From Candidatus Nanopelagicales bacterium (lineage in GTDB: Bacteria > Actinomycetota > Actinomycetes > S36-B12 > UBA5976), in the NCBI GenBank assembly GCA_044341215.1, contig JBIISC010000004.1, positions 1-57,021 of the forward strand: DNA of 57,021 nt, in the 5' to 3' direction. Each line of letters opens with the position of its first letter. Positions within the stretch are counted from its first letter, which is position 1. The position numbers and the translations under genes were made by a program. The notes beneath the pieces are model-generated. The model ran no database searches. It was not told the origin of the DNA and saw only the letters and a list, made by a program, of their open reading frames with translations. This document shows, in pieces, positions 1-13,754 of the stretch.

Positions 1-600
1 CACTTGGTCTCAGCCCCTATCGCTCTAATCGCCGGACTAGTTGTGGTCTTCCAGGCGGACTCAATGGCCATGCGAATTGCCTGCATTGTTTATCTATTCA
101 CTGCAGTCAACCTTTTCACAGTTTCAGCCACTTACCACATTGGTCGCTGGTCAGTTCCAGTAAAAACAACCCTTCGACGAGTAGACCACTCAAACATTTT
201 TCTAATCATTGCTGGTACCTATACCCCCCTTTCAATTGCACTTCTAGCTTGGGATTCTGCAAAGACACTTCTGATAATTATTTGGATAGCTGCTGCACTC
301 GGTGTTGCAATTAGTTTGATCTGGCCACACGCACCAAGATGGATCTCAGTTCCACTTTATTTAGCAATGGGTTGGGTATCAATTTTTTATGTTCCGGAAA
401 TGGCTCAGGATGACGGACTTGTGCCAGTTATTTTGATTGCAATCGGTGGTTTGCTTTATTCGCTTGGCGCAGTTGTTTACGGATTGAAGAAACCAAACTT
501 CAGTTTAAAATGGTTTGGATTCCATGAACTATTTCATTCGTTCACAGTTGCAGCATTTGCAGTGCATTTTGTTGCCGTGACAATTGCGGTAATTCAATAA
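1..600 (+). CDS. Hemolysin III / PAQR-family integral membrane protein (5' end cut by window edge)
   Basis: The frame is open from base 1. The protein is multi-pass and hydrophobic, with HSNIFLIIAGTYTP and C-terminal FHELFHSF histidine motifs typical of the hemolysin-III/YplQ family. Confidence 0.8.
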   Translation, partial: HLVSAPIALIAGLVVVFQADSMAMRIACIVYLFTAVNLFTVSATYHIGRWSVPVKTTLRRVDHSNIFLIIAGTYTPLSIALLAWDSAKTLLIIIWIAAALGVAISLIWPHAPRWISVPLYLAMGWVSIFYVPEMAQDDGLVPVILIAIGGLLYSLGAVVYGLKKPNFSLKWFGFHELFHSFTVAAFAVHFVAVTIAVIQ

Positions 601-624
601 ATTAATATTTAGAAAAGATAAGCA

Positions 625-657
625 AATCGCCACTCACCTATTTGGTGAATGGCGATT
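625..657. terminator. Bidirectional hairpin between convergent hemolysin-III gene and ilvC
   Basis: AATCGCCACTCACC / GGTGAATGGCGATT form a 14-bp stem with one C.A mismatch and loop TATTT. T-rich tracts follow on both strands. Confidence 0.55.
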
Positions 658-682
658 AGCCTTTACGTTTTGTGCTTACTTA

Positions 683-1711
683 TCAGCGAGCCGCAGTGCC
701 TTCTTGGTAGTCCGAGTCACCTGATTGAACCCAAGACATAAGTTTGCGAAGTTCGCGACCGGTCTTTTCGATTGGATGCGCTTCACCTGCTGCACGAAGT
801 CTCTTAAAGTCTGGAGCACCAGCATCTTGATCGTCAATGAAACGCTTAGCGAATGAACCATCTTGAACTTCTTTAAGAACTGCCTTCATGTTTTCTTTGA
901 CGCGTGCATCGATGATGCGTGGACCAGAAACATAGTCACCGTATTCAGCTGTTGAAGACACTGACCAGCGTTGCTTTGCAATTCCGCCTTCATACATCAA
1001 GTCAACAATTAGCTTTAGTTCATGTAAGCATTCGAAGTATGCAACTTCTGGTTGGTAACCAGCTTCAACCAAAGTTTCAAAGCCAGCCATAACTAGTGCA
1101 GATGCGCCACCACAAAGAACTGCTTGTTCACCGAATAAATCGGTTTCAGTTTCTTCGGTGAATGTGGTCTTGATGCCACCAGCGCGAAGTGAACCAATTC
1201 CCTTTGCGTATGAAAGGGCTAGATCCCAAGCTTTTCCAGTTGCATCTTGTTCAACAGCAACAATCGCTGGAACGCCTCGGCCAGCTGCGTATTCGCGGCG
1301 AACCAAGTGACCTGGGCCTTTTGGTGCAACCATGCAAACATCAACTGTGGCTTTTGGTTTGATGTAACCGTAGCGGATGTTGAACCCATGGGCGAAGAAC
1401 AGTGCATCGCCATCTTGCAGATTTGGTTCGATAGCTTCAGCATAAAGACCGCGCTGTGATGGGTCTGGAACCAAAACCATAGTTAGGTCTGCTTCAGCTA
1501 CTGCGGTTGCTGGATCCACAACCCGCAAACCTTCGGCTTCGGCTTTAGCGCGTGAAGTTGAGTTTGGTGCAAGACCCACCCGAATATCAACGCCTGAGTC
1601 GCGAAGTGAAAGTGCATGTGCGTGACCTTGGGAACCATATCCAATTACTGCAACAACGCGATTTTGGATGATTGATAGATCTGCATCTTTGTCATAAAAA
1701 AGTTCAGCCAC
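683..1711 (-). CDS. ilvC: Ketol-acid reductoisomerase
   Basis: 342 aa with N-terminal [21 protein letters not shown] Rossmann motif and a full-length class I KARI-like sequence. It lies downstream of ilvB-ilvN. Confidence 0.97.
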   Translation of the reverse strand: MAELFYDKDADLSIIQNRVVAVIGYGSQGHAHALSLRDSGVDIRVGLAPNSTSRAKAEAEGLRVVDPATAVAEADLTMVLVPDPSQRGLYAEAIEPNLQDGDALFFAHGFNIRYGYIKPKATVDVCMVAPKGPGHLVRREYAAGRGVPAIVAVEQDATGKAWDLALSYAKGIGSLRAGGIKTTFTEETETDLFGEQAVLCGGASALVMAGFETLVEAGYQPEVAYFECLHELKLIVDLMYEGGIAKQRWSVSSTAEYGDYVSGPRIIDARVKENMKAVLKEVQDGSFAKRFIDDQDAGAPDFKRLRAAGEAHPIEKTGRELRKLMSWVQSGDSDYQEGTAAR

Positions 1712-1744
1712 GATTAATCCTTTTGTGTAGTGGGTGGTCGGAGT

Positions 1745-2269
1745 TTAGTTGGTTTTGTCGGTGCTCTTAAGTGAGCGGTCAGAAATGGCTTTGCCACCAC
1801 GTCCCATCGCAACAACACCGGATTGAACGAGTTCCTTGATGCCGTAAGGCTCAAGAACTCGCAATAGTGCCGTTAGTTTTTCGCTTGAACCAGTCGCTTC
1901 GACTGTAATTGCGTCATTCACGACGTCAACAACTTTGGCGCGAAACATTTGAATCAGTTCCAGAATTTGCGAGCGAGTTTCTGGATCCGCTTTAACTTTA
2001 ACTAGCAACAATTCACGCTGTACAGATGCGCCATCTTCAAGTTCAACAATCTTTAGAACATTGATCAGTTTATTCAGCTGCTTGGTAACTTGTTCAAGAG
2101 GCAACTCTTCAACGTTGACAACTATGGTCATTCTCGAAACATCTGGCATTTCGGTTGGTCCAACAGCTAGTGACTCAATATTGAAGCTTCGGCGTGAGAA
2201 CAAACTTGCAACGCGTGCAAGCACACCTGGCTTATCTTCAACAAGTACTGAAAGTGTGTGACGGCTCAT
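1745..2269 (-). CDS. ilvN: Acetolactate synthase small (regulatory) subunit
   Basis: ACT-domain start MSRHTLSVLVEDKPGVLARVASLFSRRSFNIESL. I chose the ATG at 2269, 3 nt after the ilvB stop (2272-2274); the longer ORF to 2293 would overlap ilvB. Confidence 0.93.
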   Translation of the reverse strand: MSRHTLSVLVEDKPGVLARVASLFSRRSFNIESLAVGPTEMPDVSRMTIVVNVEELPLEQVTKQLNKLINVLKIVELEDGASVQRELLLVKVKADPETRSQILELIQMFRAKVVDVVNDAITVEATGSSEKLTALLRVLEPYGIKELVQSGVVAMGRGGKAISDRSLKSTDKTN

Positions 2270-2271
2270 GA

Positions 2272-4014
2272 TTAGTCCTCTCCGCGTTCCCATTGCGGCG
2301 CTAAATCGCGAGCAATCTTGATGTCGTCATTTGAAGTTCCAGCTGCGACCATCGGCCAAACCATTGCGTCTTTATGCACCTGGAAATCAACTACAACTGG
2401 CGCATCGTTAAGTGACATCGCCTTTTCAATAGTCTTTGCAACATCTTCAGGTTTTTCACAACGCAATCCGTGGCAACCATAAGCATCGGCAAGTTTTACG
2501 AAATCAGGAATTCGATCAGAATGCAAACTGGTGTTTGAGTATCGCTCGTTATAGAACAAGGTTTGCCATTGGCGAACCATTCCTAAAACATTGTTGTTGA
2601 TAATTGCTACTTTGATTGGAATGTCGTTGATTGCGCAAGTAGCAAGCTCTTGATTAGTCATTTGGAAACAACCATCGCCGTCAACTGCCCAAACTGATTT
2701 ATGTGGTGCGCCAACTTTGGCTCCCATGGCTGCTGGAACAGCAAAGCCCATCGTGCCAAGACCGCCAGAGTTCAACCAAGTGCCTGGCTCTTCGTAATTG
2801 ATAAATTGTGCGGCCCACATTTGATGTTGGCCAACACCTGCCGTGAAGATGGATTCTTTTCCAGCAATTTCACCAAGTTGTTGAATTACATATTGCGGCG
2901 CAAGCGAGCCAGCTACCGTTTCATAGCCAAGTGGGTATTTATCTTTCCAGCTAAGGCAAGTTTCGCGCCACTCATTGAAATTCGGCTTAGCACCGGCTTT
3001 GATATCTTCTTTCAAAGCTTCAACTAGATCAAGCATCACTTCGCGGACATCTCCAACAATTGGAACATCAACTTCGCGATTCTTACCAATTTCTGCTGGG
3101 TCGATGTCAGCATGAATAACTTTTGCCTCAGGTGCGAAAGATGAAAGTTTTCCAGTAACCCGGTCGTCAAACCTTGCACCGAGAGTGATTAGCAAATCGC
3201 TCTTTTGCAAAGCCCCAACAGCAGCAACTGTTCCGTGCATGCCAGGCATACCCATGTGAAGTTTGTGGCTATCTGGAAATGCGCCGCGTGCCATCAAGGT
3301 GGTTACAACTGGAATATTCAAAAGTTCTGCAAGTCTAAATAATTCTTTAGAACCATTTGCCTTAATTACACCGCCACCAACATAAAGAACTGGTTTGCGA
3401 GATTCAAGAATCAATTTTGATGCTTCGCGAACTTGTTTGTTATGTGGCTTAGTAACTGGTCGATAGCCAGGCAAATCTATGTTTGTTGGCCAATCGAAAG
3501 TGGTCATTGCTTGCAATGCATCTTTTGCAATGTCTACTAGAACTGGACCTGGGCGACCAGTCCCTGCAATGTGAAAAGCCTCAGCGATTGCGCGTGGGAT
3601 TTCTCTAGGATCTGTTACAAGGTAATTGTGTTTAGTGATTGGCATTGTGATGCCACGAATATCTGCTTCTTGAAATGCATCAGTACCAATTGCAGCTGAA
3701 GGAACCTGGCCAGTTATTGCAACCATTGCGACTGAATCCATATAGGCATCAGCAATTGGAGTCACGAGATTTGTAGCACCTGGTCCGGAAGTTGCCATGC
3801 AAACTCCAACTCGGCCACTTGCCAGGGCATACCCCTGAGCCGCGTGACCCGCTCCTTGTTCGTGGCGGACCAAGATGTGACGAATTTGTTTGCTATCCAT
3901 CAGCGGGTCGTATGCCGGCAAAATTGCACCGCCTGGAATACCGAACATGTCGGTTACTCCAGCGTGCTCTAGCGAGCGAACCAAACTGGCTGCACCGGTT
4001 ATTTGCTCAGTCAT
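2272..4014 (-). CDS. ilvB: Acetolactate synthase large (catalytic) subunit, ThDP-dependent
   Basis: 580 aa with ThDP motif [17 protein letters not shown]...[15 protein letters not shown] and N-terminal [13 protein letters not shown]. Confidence 0.97.
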   Translation of the reverse strand: MTEQITGAASLVRSLEHAGVTDMFGIPGGAILPAYDPLMDSKQIRHILVRHEQGAGHAAQGYALASGRVGVCMATSGPGATNLVTPIADAYMDSVAMVAITGQVPSAAIGTDAFQEADIRGITMPITKHNYLVTDPREIPRAIAEAFHIAGTGRPGPVLVDIAKDALQAMTTFDWPTNIDLPGYRPVTKPHNKQVREASKLILESRKPVLYVGGGVIKANGSKELFRLAELLNIPVVTTLMARGAFPDSHKLHMGMPGMHGTVAAVGALQKSDLLITLGARFDDRVTGKLSSFAPEAKVIHADIDPAEIGKNREVDVPIVGDVREVMLDLVEALKEDIKAGAKPNFNEWRETCLSWKDKYPLGYETVAGSLAPQYVIQQLGEIAGKESIFTAGVGQHQMWAAQFINYEEPGTWLNSGGLGTMGFAVPAAMGAKVGAPHKSVWAVDGDGCFQMTNQELATCAINDIPIKVAIINNNVLGMVRQWQTLFYNERYSNTSLHSDRIPDFVKLADAYGCHGLRCEKPEDVAKTIEKAMSLNDAPVVVDFQVHKDAMVWPMVAAGTSNDDIKIARDLAPQWERGED

Positions 4015-4073
4015 CTGATCTTCTTTCGTTGTCTACTTCGTAACTTTGTGGGTGTTTTTTCGCCTTACAAGCG

Positions 4074-4103
4074 AAAACCCCCCGGCCTTTCGGCTTCGGA
4101 GGG
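4074..4103 (-). terminator. Intrinsic terminator / attenuator hairpin upstream of ilvB (also downstream of ilvD)
   Basis: Minus-strand RNA is CCCUCCG-AA-GCC-GAAA-GGC-CGGGGGG followed by UUUU. That gives 10 bp including one G.U pair, capped by a GNRA tetraloop. Confidence 0.65.
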
Positions 4104-4106
4104 TGC

Positions 4107-4140
4107 GCGCGGTTGACGCTTCTGCTGATGCGAACCGCGC
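4107..4140 (-). promoter_or_regulatory. Upstream hairpin of the ilvB leader (possible pause or alternative-pairing element)
   Basis: GCGCGGTT / AACCGCGC form a perfect 8-bp stem, with an inner CGC/GCG extension. It starts directly at the leader-peptide stop codon. Confidence 0.5.
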
Positions 4141-4169
4141 TAAATAACCACCACAATAGAAATTCTCAT
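4140..4169 (-). CDS. ilvBNC leader peptide MRISIVVVI (9 aa)
   Basis: ATG AGA ATT TCT ATT GTG GTG GTT ATT TAG was read base by base on the minus strand. There are 3 Ile and 3 Val in 9 codons and no SD. It sits between a promoter-like element and two hairpins upstream of ilvB. Confidence 0.6.
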   Translation of the reverse strand: MRISIVVVI

Positions 4170-4175
4170 GGGGTA

Positions 4176-4204
4176 AGGATACTTAGGACTTACAGATTTG
4201 TCAC
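4176..4204 (-). promoter_or_regulatory. Putative promoter of the ilvB leader (GTGACA-17 nt-TATCCT), leaderless geometry
   Basis: The -35-like GTGACA is at 4204-4199 and the -10 TATCCT at 4181-4176, followed by 6 nt and the leader ATG at 4169. Confidence 0.4.
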
Positions 4205-4235
4205 TAGTTAATTTGAGCTAATCAGACTGAAACTA

Positions 4236-5924
4236 TTAGTCGCAGACCGCGCCTTTGGCTGCTGAGCCGACCAATTTGGCATATTTATGCAAAACGCCAC
4301 TGGTGTAGCGATGTGAAAGTGGCTGCCAGTCGACCTTGCGCTTGGCAAGTTCGGCGTCATCTACGAGCAAATCCAGAGTGCGATTCGGGATATCGATGCG
4401 CACTTTGTCGCCAGTTTTAGCGAATGCAATGACCCCTCCGTCGACCGCTTCGGGGGCAACGTGACCAACGCATAGGCCAGTGGTGCCACCTGAGAATCGA
4501 CCATCTGTGATTAGTAACACGTCCTTGCCAAGTCCAGCGCCTTTGATGGCAGCAGTGATCATCAACATTTCGCGCATTCCAGGGCCACCTTTAGGTCCTT
4601 CATAGCGAATGATTACAACATCACCTTTTTGGATGTCGCCACTTTCAAGGGCATCCATAGCTGCACGTTCGCGTTCGAAAACTTTTGCAGGTCCTTCAAA
4701 AACATCAACTGGGATACCAGCACTTTTAACAACTGCACCGTCGGTTGCGAGTGAACCTCGAAGAATTGTGATGCCACCGGTTCCACCAACTGCTTTGTCG
4801 ATCGCATGCAAGATTTGGCCATCTGGATCTGGTGAATTAATTTCTGCAAGATTTTCGGCAAGAGTTTTACCGGTCACAGTTAAGCAATCGCCATTTAGAA
4901 GTTTGGCATCGAGCAACGCTTTCATAATTACTGGAACGCCACCAACTTTGTCGACGTCGCTCATTACATAACGACCGAATGGTTTCACGTCAGCGAGCAA
5001 CGGAACTTTGGAACCAATGCGATGGAAATCTTCAAGTTCAAGATCAACTTTTGCTTCATGAGCAATTGCAAGAAGATGCAGAACCGCGTTTGTTGAACCA
5101 CCAAATGCCATCACAACAGCAATTGCATTTTCAAGAGATTGTTTGGTGATGATGTCGCGAGTTGTGATTCCTTGACGAATCAGTTCCACAACTGCTTCAC
5201 CAGATGCAATTGAATAACCATCACGACGACGATCGACTGCTGGTGGAGCTGCAGAACCTGGAAGTGACATTCCCATTGCTTCGGCTGCAGAGGCCATTGT
5301 GTTGGCGGTGTACATACCGCCACAAGCGCCTTCACCTGGACAGATTGCTCGTTCAATTGCATCAACATCTTCGCGAGACATTAATCCGCGAGCACACGCA
5401 CCAACTGCTTCGAATGCATCAATGATTGTGACATCTCGATTTGAACCATCACTAAGCGTTACATTGCCAGGCAAAATCGATCCTGCGTAGACAAACACTG
5501 ATGCGACGTCTAATCGCGCTGCGGCCATCAACATACCAGGAAGTGATTTGTCACAACCAGCAAAGTTGACCATGCCGTCAAGTCGCTCAGCTTGCATAAC
5601 CGCTTCAACCGAGTCGGCAATGATTTCTCGGCTAACTAATGAAAAGTGCATACCTTCGTGGCCCATTGAAATACCATCAGAAACTGAAATGGTTCCAAAT
5701 TGCATTGGGAACCCGCCAGCTTTGTGGACACCTTCTTTTGCAGCAAGGGCAAGGCGAGCAAGTGAAAGATTGCATGGAGTGATTTCATTCCATGACGAAG
5801 CGATACCGATTTGTGGTTTAACCCAGTCTGCATCACCCATGCCGACAGCGCGGAGCATGCCTCGGGCTGCGGCTCTTTCGAGTCCGTCAGTTACATCTTT
5901 ACTGCGGGGCTTCATGTCGGTCAT
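4236..5924 (-). CDS. ilvD: Dihydroxy-acid dehydratase
   Basis: Motifs [37 protein letters not shown] and [16 protein letters not shown] preferred the ATG at 5924 because it follows TACAAT plus 6 nt; the longest ORF starts at 5966. Confidence 0.95.
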   Translation of the reverse strand: MTDMKPRSKDVTDGLERAAARGMLRAVGMGDADWVKPQIGIASSWNEITPCNLSLARLALAAKEGVHKAGGFPMQFGTISVSDGISMGHEGMHFSLVSREIIADSVEAVMQAERLDGMVNFAGCDKSLPGMLMAAARLDVASVFVYAGSILPGNVTLSDGSNRDVTIIDAFEAVGACARGLMSREDVDAIERAICPGEGACGGMYTANTMASAAEAMGMSLPGSAAPPAVDRRRDGYSIASGEAVVELIRQGITTRDIITKQSLENAIAVVMAFGGSTNAVLHLLAIAHEAKVDLELEDFHRIGSKVPLLADVKPFGRYVMSDVDKVGGVPVIMKALLDAKLLNGDCLTVTGKTLAENLAEINSPDPDGQILHAIDKAVGGTGGITILRGSLATDGAVVKSAGIPVDVFEGPAKVFERERAAMDALESGDIQKGDVVIIRYEGPKGGPGMREMLMITAAIKGAGLGKDVLLITDGRFSGGTTGLCVGHVAPEAVDGGVIAFAKTGDKVRIDIPNRTLDLLVDDAELAKRKVDWQPLSHRYTSGVLHKYAKLVGSAAKGAVCD

Positions 5925-5930
5925 TGGTGA

Positions 5931-5936
5931 ATTGTA
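5931..5936 (-). promoter_or_regulatory. -10-like TACAAT, 6 nt upstream of the ilvD ATG (leaderless geometry)
   Basis: The minus strand reads TACAAT TCACCA ATG, with no SD. Confidence 0.4.
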
Positions 5937-5984
5937 TTGCTCGGGATTTGTTCTGCTCGGGCACATTTAGCGGGGCCTAATTGG

Positions 5985-6052
5985 CTTCAGTTACGCCAAT
6001 TCTTCGGTTACGCCAATTCTTCAGTTATTCCGATTCTTCGGTAACGCCAAGT
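5985..6052. repeat. Four tandem 17-nt units spanning the gatB 3' end and the gatB-ilvD spacer
   Basis: Plus-strand units are cttcagttacgccaatt, cttcggttacgccaatt, cttcagttattccgatt and cttcggtaacgccaagt. The gatB stop (6025-6027) lies in unit 3. Confidence 0.8.
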
Positions 6053-7557
6053 TTCTCAAAAAGCAGTGCGCGAACTTTGGCAGCGTCCGCTTGCCCCTTT
6101 GTGGTTTTCATGACAGCTCCGACGATTGCACCAGCAGCTTGAAGTTTGCCTTCTTTGATCTTTGCAGCAATGTCTGGGGATGCAGCAAGTGCTTCATCGA
6201 TTGCGTTAAGCAAAGAAGAGTCGTCAGAAACAACTGCAAGGCCACGTTTTTCGATAATTGAATCAATGTCACCTTCACCGTTGATAACAGCTTCAATAAC
6301 TACGCGGGCTAATTTGTCGTTCAGTTTGCCATCAGCAATTAACTTCTCAACTTGGGATAAGTGTTGGGCAGTGATTGGTAGGTCTATCAATTCAATAGAC
6401 ATTTCTTTCGCCAATCTAGCTAATTCACCTAGCCACCACTTACGCGCACCATTTTGATCAACACCTGCATCAATAGTCGCAAGAACTAGATCCAACGCGC
6501 CAGCGTTAATTACTGATGCCATGTCATGATCGGTAATTCCCCACTCAGCTTGCAAACGGTTCTTACGAAGAGATGGGTTTTCAGGCAAGGTCTTTCGAAG
6601 TTCTTCTACCCATTCGCGACTAGGAGCAATCGGAACTAAATCTGGTTCTGGGAAATAACGGTAATCCTCAGCTTCTTCTTTTATGCGACCAGAAGTTGTG
6701 ACACCAGTGTCTTCGTGCCAGTGGCGGGTTTCTTGAATAATTGTTTTTCCAGCATCGATAGCTGATGCTTGTCGAGTGATTTCATACCGAACTGCACGTT
6801 CAACAGATCGCAAAGAGTTCACATTCTTGGTTTCAGTGCGAGTTCCGAATTTGTCCTTTGGAGTTTTACGCAAAGAAAGGTTTACGTCACAACGTAATGA
6901 ACCTTGTTCCATGCGGACGTCACTGACGCCAAGGGCGCGCAATAAGTCGCGCAGTGCACTTACATAGGCACGGGCAACTTCTGGAGCAAATCTTCCGGCA
7001 CCAACAATTGGCTTTGTCACAATTTCAATAAGTGGGATTCCAGCTCGGTTGTAATCGAGTAATGAGTAATCCGCGCCATGAATTCTGCCGGTAGCTCCAC
7101 CTTGATGTGATGCTTTTCCGGTGTCCTCTTCCATGTGTGCGCGTTCGATTTCAACTCGGAACTTCTTCATTCCTTCATCGGTTTCAACATCAACATCTAA
7201 ATAACCATTAAAACAAATCGGTTCGTCGTATTGAGAAGTTTGGAAATTCTTTGGCATGTCTGGATAAAAATAATTCTTTCGCGCAAAACGGCACCACTCA
7301 GCGATTTCACAATTTAATGCCAGGCCAATGCGAATCGCAGATTCAACTGCCTTGCCATTGACCACAGGTAATGCGCCTGGTAATCCCAAACACACAGGGC
7401 ATACGTGAGTATTTGGATCTCCACCAAATTCGGTTGGACATCCACAAAACATTTTGGAATTGGTATTTAGTTCAACGTGTACTTCTAGGCCCATTACTGG
7501 ATCAAAAGCGGCGATAGCTTCATCATATTCAAATACGTCTTCAACTTTTGAACTCAT
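6025..7557 (-). CDS. gatB: Asp/Glu-tRNA(Asn/Gln) amidotransferase subunit B
   Basis: Motifs [20 protein letters not shown] and [13 protein letters not shown]. The ATG at 7557 forms an ATGA overlap with the gatA stop. Confidence 0.96.
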   Translation of the reverse strand: MSSKVEDVFEYDEAIAAFDPVMGLEVHVELNTNSKMFCGCPTEFGGDPNTHVCPVCLGLPGALPVVNGKAVESAIRIGLALNCEIAEWCRFARKNYFYPDMPKNFQTSQYDEPICFNGYLDVDVETDEGMKKFRVEIERAHMEEDTGKASHQGGATGRIHGADYSLLDYNRAGIPLIEIVTKPIVGAGRFAPEVARAYVSALRDLLRALGVSDVRMEQGSLRCDVNLSLRKTPKDKFGTRTETKNVNSLRSVERAVRYEITRQASAIDAGKTIIQETRHWHEDTGVTTSGRIKEEAEDYRYFPEPDLVPIAPSREWVEELRKTLPENPSLRKNRLQAEWGITDHDMASVINAGALDLVLATIDAGVDQNGARKWWLGELARLAKEMSIELIDLPITAQHLSQVEKLIADGKLNDKLARVVIEAVINGEGDIDSIIEKRGLAVVSDDSSLLNAIDEALAASPDIAAKIKEGKLQAAGAIVGAVMKTTKGQADAAKVRALLFEKLGVTEESE

Positions 7558-9050
7558 AAAGCTTGCACCTCCTCGATCAGCAAATGGCCCCATTTTTCCT
7601 TCAAAGCATTTTCAAGCGCAGCACCTACGTTATATAAACGATCATCTCCCATTACTGGCGCCATAATTTGCAAACCAACTGGAAGTCCATCTTCAGGTGC
7701 TAGACCAATTGGCAAAGACATTGCTGAGTTGCCCGCAAGGTTTACCGGGATAGTTGCCACATCATTTAGATACATAGCAAGTGGATCATCTACTTTGTCA
7801 CCAATCTTGAAGGCTGTGGTTGGCGCAGTAGGCGAAATCAAAACATCTACCTTTTCAAAAGCAGCTGCGAAATCTCGTGAAATCAACGTGCGAACTTTTT
7901 GTGCTGAACCGTAGTAAGCGTCGTAGTAACCACTAGATAGCGCATAAGTTCCGAGCATGATCCGGCGTTTAACTTCTGGGCCAAAACCAGCTTCGCGGGT
8001 CATAGACATAACTTGTTCAACTGCATTTTCAACATTGTCGCCAACCCGCAAGCCATAACGCATACCATCAAATTTTGCTAAATTCGATGAACATTCTGAT
8101 GGCAAAATCAAGTAGTAAGCACCAAGGGCATATTCGAAAGACGGACACGAAACTTCATGGACTTCTGCACCTAATGAAGTCAGAATATCAACGGCTTCTC
8201 TGAATCGTTGTTGAACTCCAGCTTGATAACCCTCGCCACCAAGTTGCTTAACTAAACCAATCTTTACGCCTTTTACATCTGCCTTTAATGCTGCGCCGAC
8301 AACATCTGGCACCGATTGATTAATAGAAGTCGAATCTCGTGGATCATGACCTGCAATTGCTTTATGCAAAAGTGCTGTGTCGAGCACGTTTCGAGCACAT
8401 GGGCCAACTTGATCAAGAGATGATGCAAGTGCGATTACGCCGTAACGCGAAACTGCACCATAAGTTGGCTTAACTCCCACAGTTCCAGTGACTGCTGCCG
8501 GTTGGCGAATAGATCCACCAGTGTCAGAACCAATTGCAAGTGGCGCTTCAAATGCTGCAAGAGCTGCTGAAGATCCACCGCCAGAACCACCAGGAATTCT
8601 TTCCAAGTCCCAAGGATTCTTGGTTGGACCATAAGCAGAATATTCAGTTGAAGAACCCATTGCGAATTCATCCATATTTGTTTTGCCCAAAATGATGATG
8701 TCATTTTCGCGAAGTTTCTTTACGACTGTTGCATCGTATGGTGGTCGCCAGTTTTCCAAGATTTTTGAACCAGCGGTTGTTGGAACACCTTCCATTGCCA
8801 AAATATCTTTCAAAGCAAGTGGAACGCCAGCAAGTGGGCCCAGCTTTTCACCATCCTTGATCTTCGCATCCACTTTGGCAGCATCACTAAGCGCGCTCTC
8901 TTTTGTTAAATGCAAAAATGCGTGAACACGTTCGTCAACTTTTTCGATTCGATCAAAGTGAGCTTGGGTAACCTCAACACTTGACAATTCCCCATTTGCA
9001 ATTTTGGTTGCAATATCTTTAGCATTTAGCTTGATAATCTCATTGGTCAT
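7554..9050 (-). CDS. gatA: Glu-tRNA(Gln) amidotransferase subunit A
   Basis: 498 aa with amidase signature [13 protein letters not shown]...[13 protein letters not shown]. It is flanked by gatC and gatB with 4-nt overlaps. Confidence 0.97.
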   Translation of the reverse strand: MTNEIIKLNAKDIATKIANGELSSVEVTQAHFDRIEKVDERVHAFLHLTKESALSDAAKVDAKIKDGEKLGPLAGVPLALKDILAMEGVPTTAGSKILENWRPPYDATVVKKLRENDIIILGKTNMDEFAMGSSTEYSAYGPTKNPWDLERIPGGSGGGSSAALAAFEAPLAIGSDTGGSIRQPAAVTGTVGVKPTYGAVSRYGVIALASSLDQVGPCARNVLDTALLHKAIAGHDPRDSTSINQSVPDVVGAALKADVKGVKIGLVKQLGGEGYQAGVQQRFREAVDILTSLGAEVHEVSCPSFEYALGAYYLILPSECSSNLAKFDGMRYGLRVGDNVENAVEQVMSMTREAGFGPEVKRRIMLGTYALSSGYYDAYYGSAQKVRTLISRDFAAAFEKVDVLISPTAPTTAFKIGDKVDDPLAMYLNDVATIPVNLAGNSAMSLPIGLAPEDGLPVGLQIMAPVMGDDRLYNVGAALENALKEKWGHLLIEEVQAL

Positions 9051-9343
9051 GATTCGTCCAAAATTCTTGGAACTCTAAAGCGTGAATCTTCCGAAGCTGG
9101 TGCGCCGCTCAGGGCTTGTTCTGCACTCAGGCTCTGTTGGACTACATCTTCGCGAAACACATTTACAACTGGAACTGCATGCGAGGTCGGTGGAATATCA
9201 TCATTGACTACTTCACTCACGCGAGCAACTGCGCCGAGAATTACATCGAGTTGTCCTGCATAGTGGTCAAGTTCCTGGTCGGTCAGATCGAGGCGAGCCA
9301 ATTTAGCCAAGTGAGCTACTTCTGCCCGGGTAATAGATGCCAT
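9047..9343 (-). CDS. gatC: Glu-tRNA(Gln) amidotransferase subunit C
   Basis: 98 aa starting with [17 protein letters not shown]. It has an ATGA overlap with gatA. Confidence 0.93.
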   Translation of the reverse strand: MASITRAEVAHLAKLARLDLTDQELDHYAGQLDVILGAVARVSEVVNDDIPPTSHAVPVVNVFREDVVQQSLSAEQALSGAPASEDSRFRVPRILDES

Positions 9344-9350
9344 AGGGGCA

Positions 9351-9356
9351 ATACTA
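9351..9356 (-). promoter_or_regulatory. -10-like TAGTAT, 7 nt upstream of the gatC ATG
   Basis: The minus strand reads TAGTAT TGCCCCT ATG with no SD. It is preceded by a GAGCC/GGCTC hairpin after the ligA stop. Confidence 0.3.
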
Positions 9357-9378
9357 AGAGCCCGCGGTCAGGCTCAAA

Positions 9379-12565
<3,187 letters not shown>

Positions 12566-12578
12566 TTGTCGTCTCTCA

Positions 12579-13754
12579 TCAAAGTCGCTGCCTAGTCTTA
12601 CCTGCCCGACGGGCACGTTCAACAGTTTCGGGCAGTATTCTTTCTAACAATTCGATATCTCCCAAGTTTGAAGTTCTACCGAGCGAGAATCTGAGAGCGC
12701 CAACGGCTACTTCCTCACTAATTCCCATGTTCATCAATACGTGTGAAGGTTGTGGAATTCCGGCTGTGCAGGCCGAACCAGTTGAACATTCAACTTGTGC
12801 GGCATCTAACAACATCAGCAAGGCATCACCTTCGCAACCAATAAATGTGAAATGCACATTTCCTGGAAGTCTATTTGTGCGGTCACCATTTAGGACTGCA
12901 TCAGGAATAATGCTTTCAATTCCTGAAATCATGCGATCTCGCAATTGAATTAAATGTTCTCTGTGTTCGGCAATCCGCCCAGTAGAAATCTTTACAGCTT
13001 CACCCAGTGCAGCTATTAAGTGTGTAGGAATGGTTCCGGAACGAACTTCACGTTCTTGGCCTCCACCATGTAGTACTGGCACTGGCTTAAATTCTCTACG
13101 CAAAATCAAAGCACCAATACCCATCGGTCCGCCAATTTTGTGCCCACTTAAAGTCAAAGCATCAACACCAAGTTTCTTGAAATCAATCTCAATTGCACCA
13201 ACGGCCTGTACGGCATCGGTGTGCACTGGAATAGATGATTTCTTTGCCAACGCCACAATTTCTTCAATAGGTTGAACTGTGCCAACTTCATTATTTGCAA
13301 ACATTATTGAAATCAATGCAATCTCATCTGCATTATTTTCAATAATTTTCCGAAGGGCTTCTAAATTAATTCCACCAAATTCATCAACTGGAGCAAATAC
13401 CACTTCAGCATTCTCCATTTGTTCCATCCACTGAGCTGGGTCAAGCACAGCATGGTGTTCGATTGATGAAATAACTATTTTATTTCGGCGTGGATCTTGA
13501 GCATTTCGCAACCAATAAAGTCCCTTGATTGCCAAGTTGTTGGCTTCTGTTCCACCTGAAGTGAAGACAACTTCGCCAGGCAGACAATTAAGCGCTGTCG
13601 AGATCTTTTCCCTTGCTATCTCAACAGTCTTTCGGGCAGCGCGACCTGAAGTATGCAAACTTGATGGATTTCCAACTTCGGAAAGATGCTTTGTCATGAT
13701 TTCAATAACTTCTGGAAACACCACTGTTGTGGCCGCATGATCTAGGTAAACCAT
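12579..13754 (-). CDS. iscS: Cysteine desulfurase (NifS/IscS family, PLP-dependent)
   Basis: 391 aa with PLP-lysine region [15 protein letters not shown] and active-site loop STGSACTAG. It lies directly upstream of mnmA, as in other actinobacteria. Confidence 0.9.
   Translation of the reverse strand: MVYLDHAATTVVFPEVIEIMTKHLSEVGNPSSLHTSGRAARKTVEIAREKISTALNCLPGEVVFTSGGTEANNLAIKGLYWLRNAQDPRRNKIVISSIEHHAVLDPAQWMEQMENAEVVFAPVDEFGGINLEALRKIIENNADEIALISIMFANNEVGTVQPIEEIVALAKKSSIPVHTDAVQAVGAIEIDFKKLGVDALTLSGHKIGGPMGIGALILRREFKPVPVLHGGGQEREVRSGTIPTHLIAALGEAVKISTGRIAEHREHLIQLRDRMISGIESIIPDAVLNGDRTNRLPGNVHFTFIGCEGDALLMLLDAAQVECSTGSACTAGIPQPSHVLMNMGISEEVAVGALRFSLGRTSNLGDIELLERILPETVERARRAGKTRQRL

Noticed and set aside
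676-861. A 61-aa ORF overlapping the ilvC 3' end in another frame.
   Set aside because: It is entirely inside ilvC on the same strand, with no independent signals.
7558-7593. 5' extensions of the longest ORFs for gatB (to 7593), ilvN (2293), ligA (11505), mnmA (12622), glgP (20016), glgB (from 22002), lpqB (33837), the SpoIID gene (52345) and the first hydrolase (26066).
   Set aside because: The extensions overlap the preceding gene and add residues with no similarity to family N-termini. Internal ATG, GTG or TTG codons give canonical N-termini, stop-start coupling or an SD.
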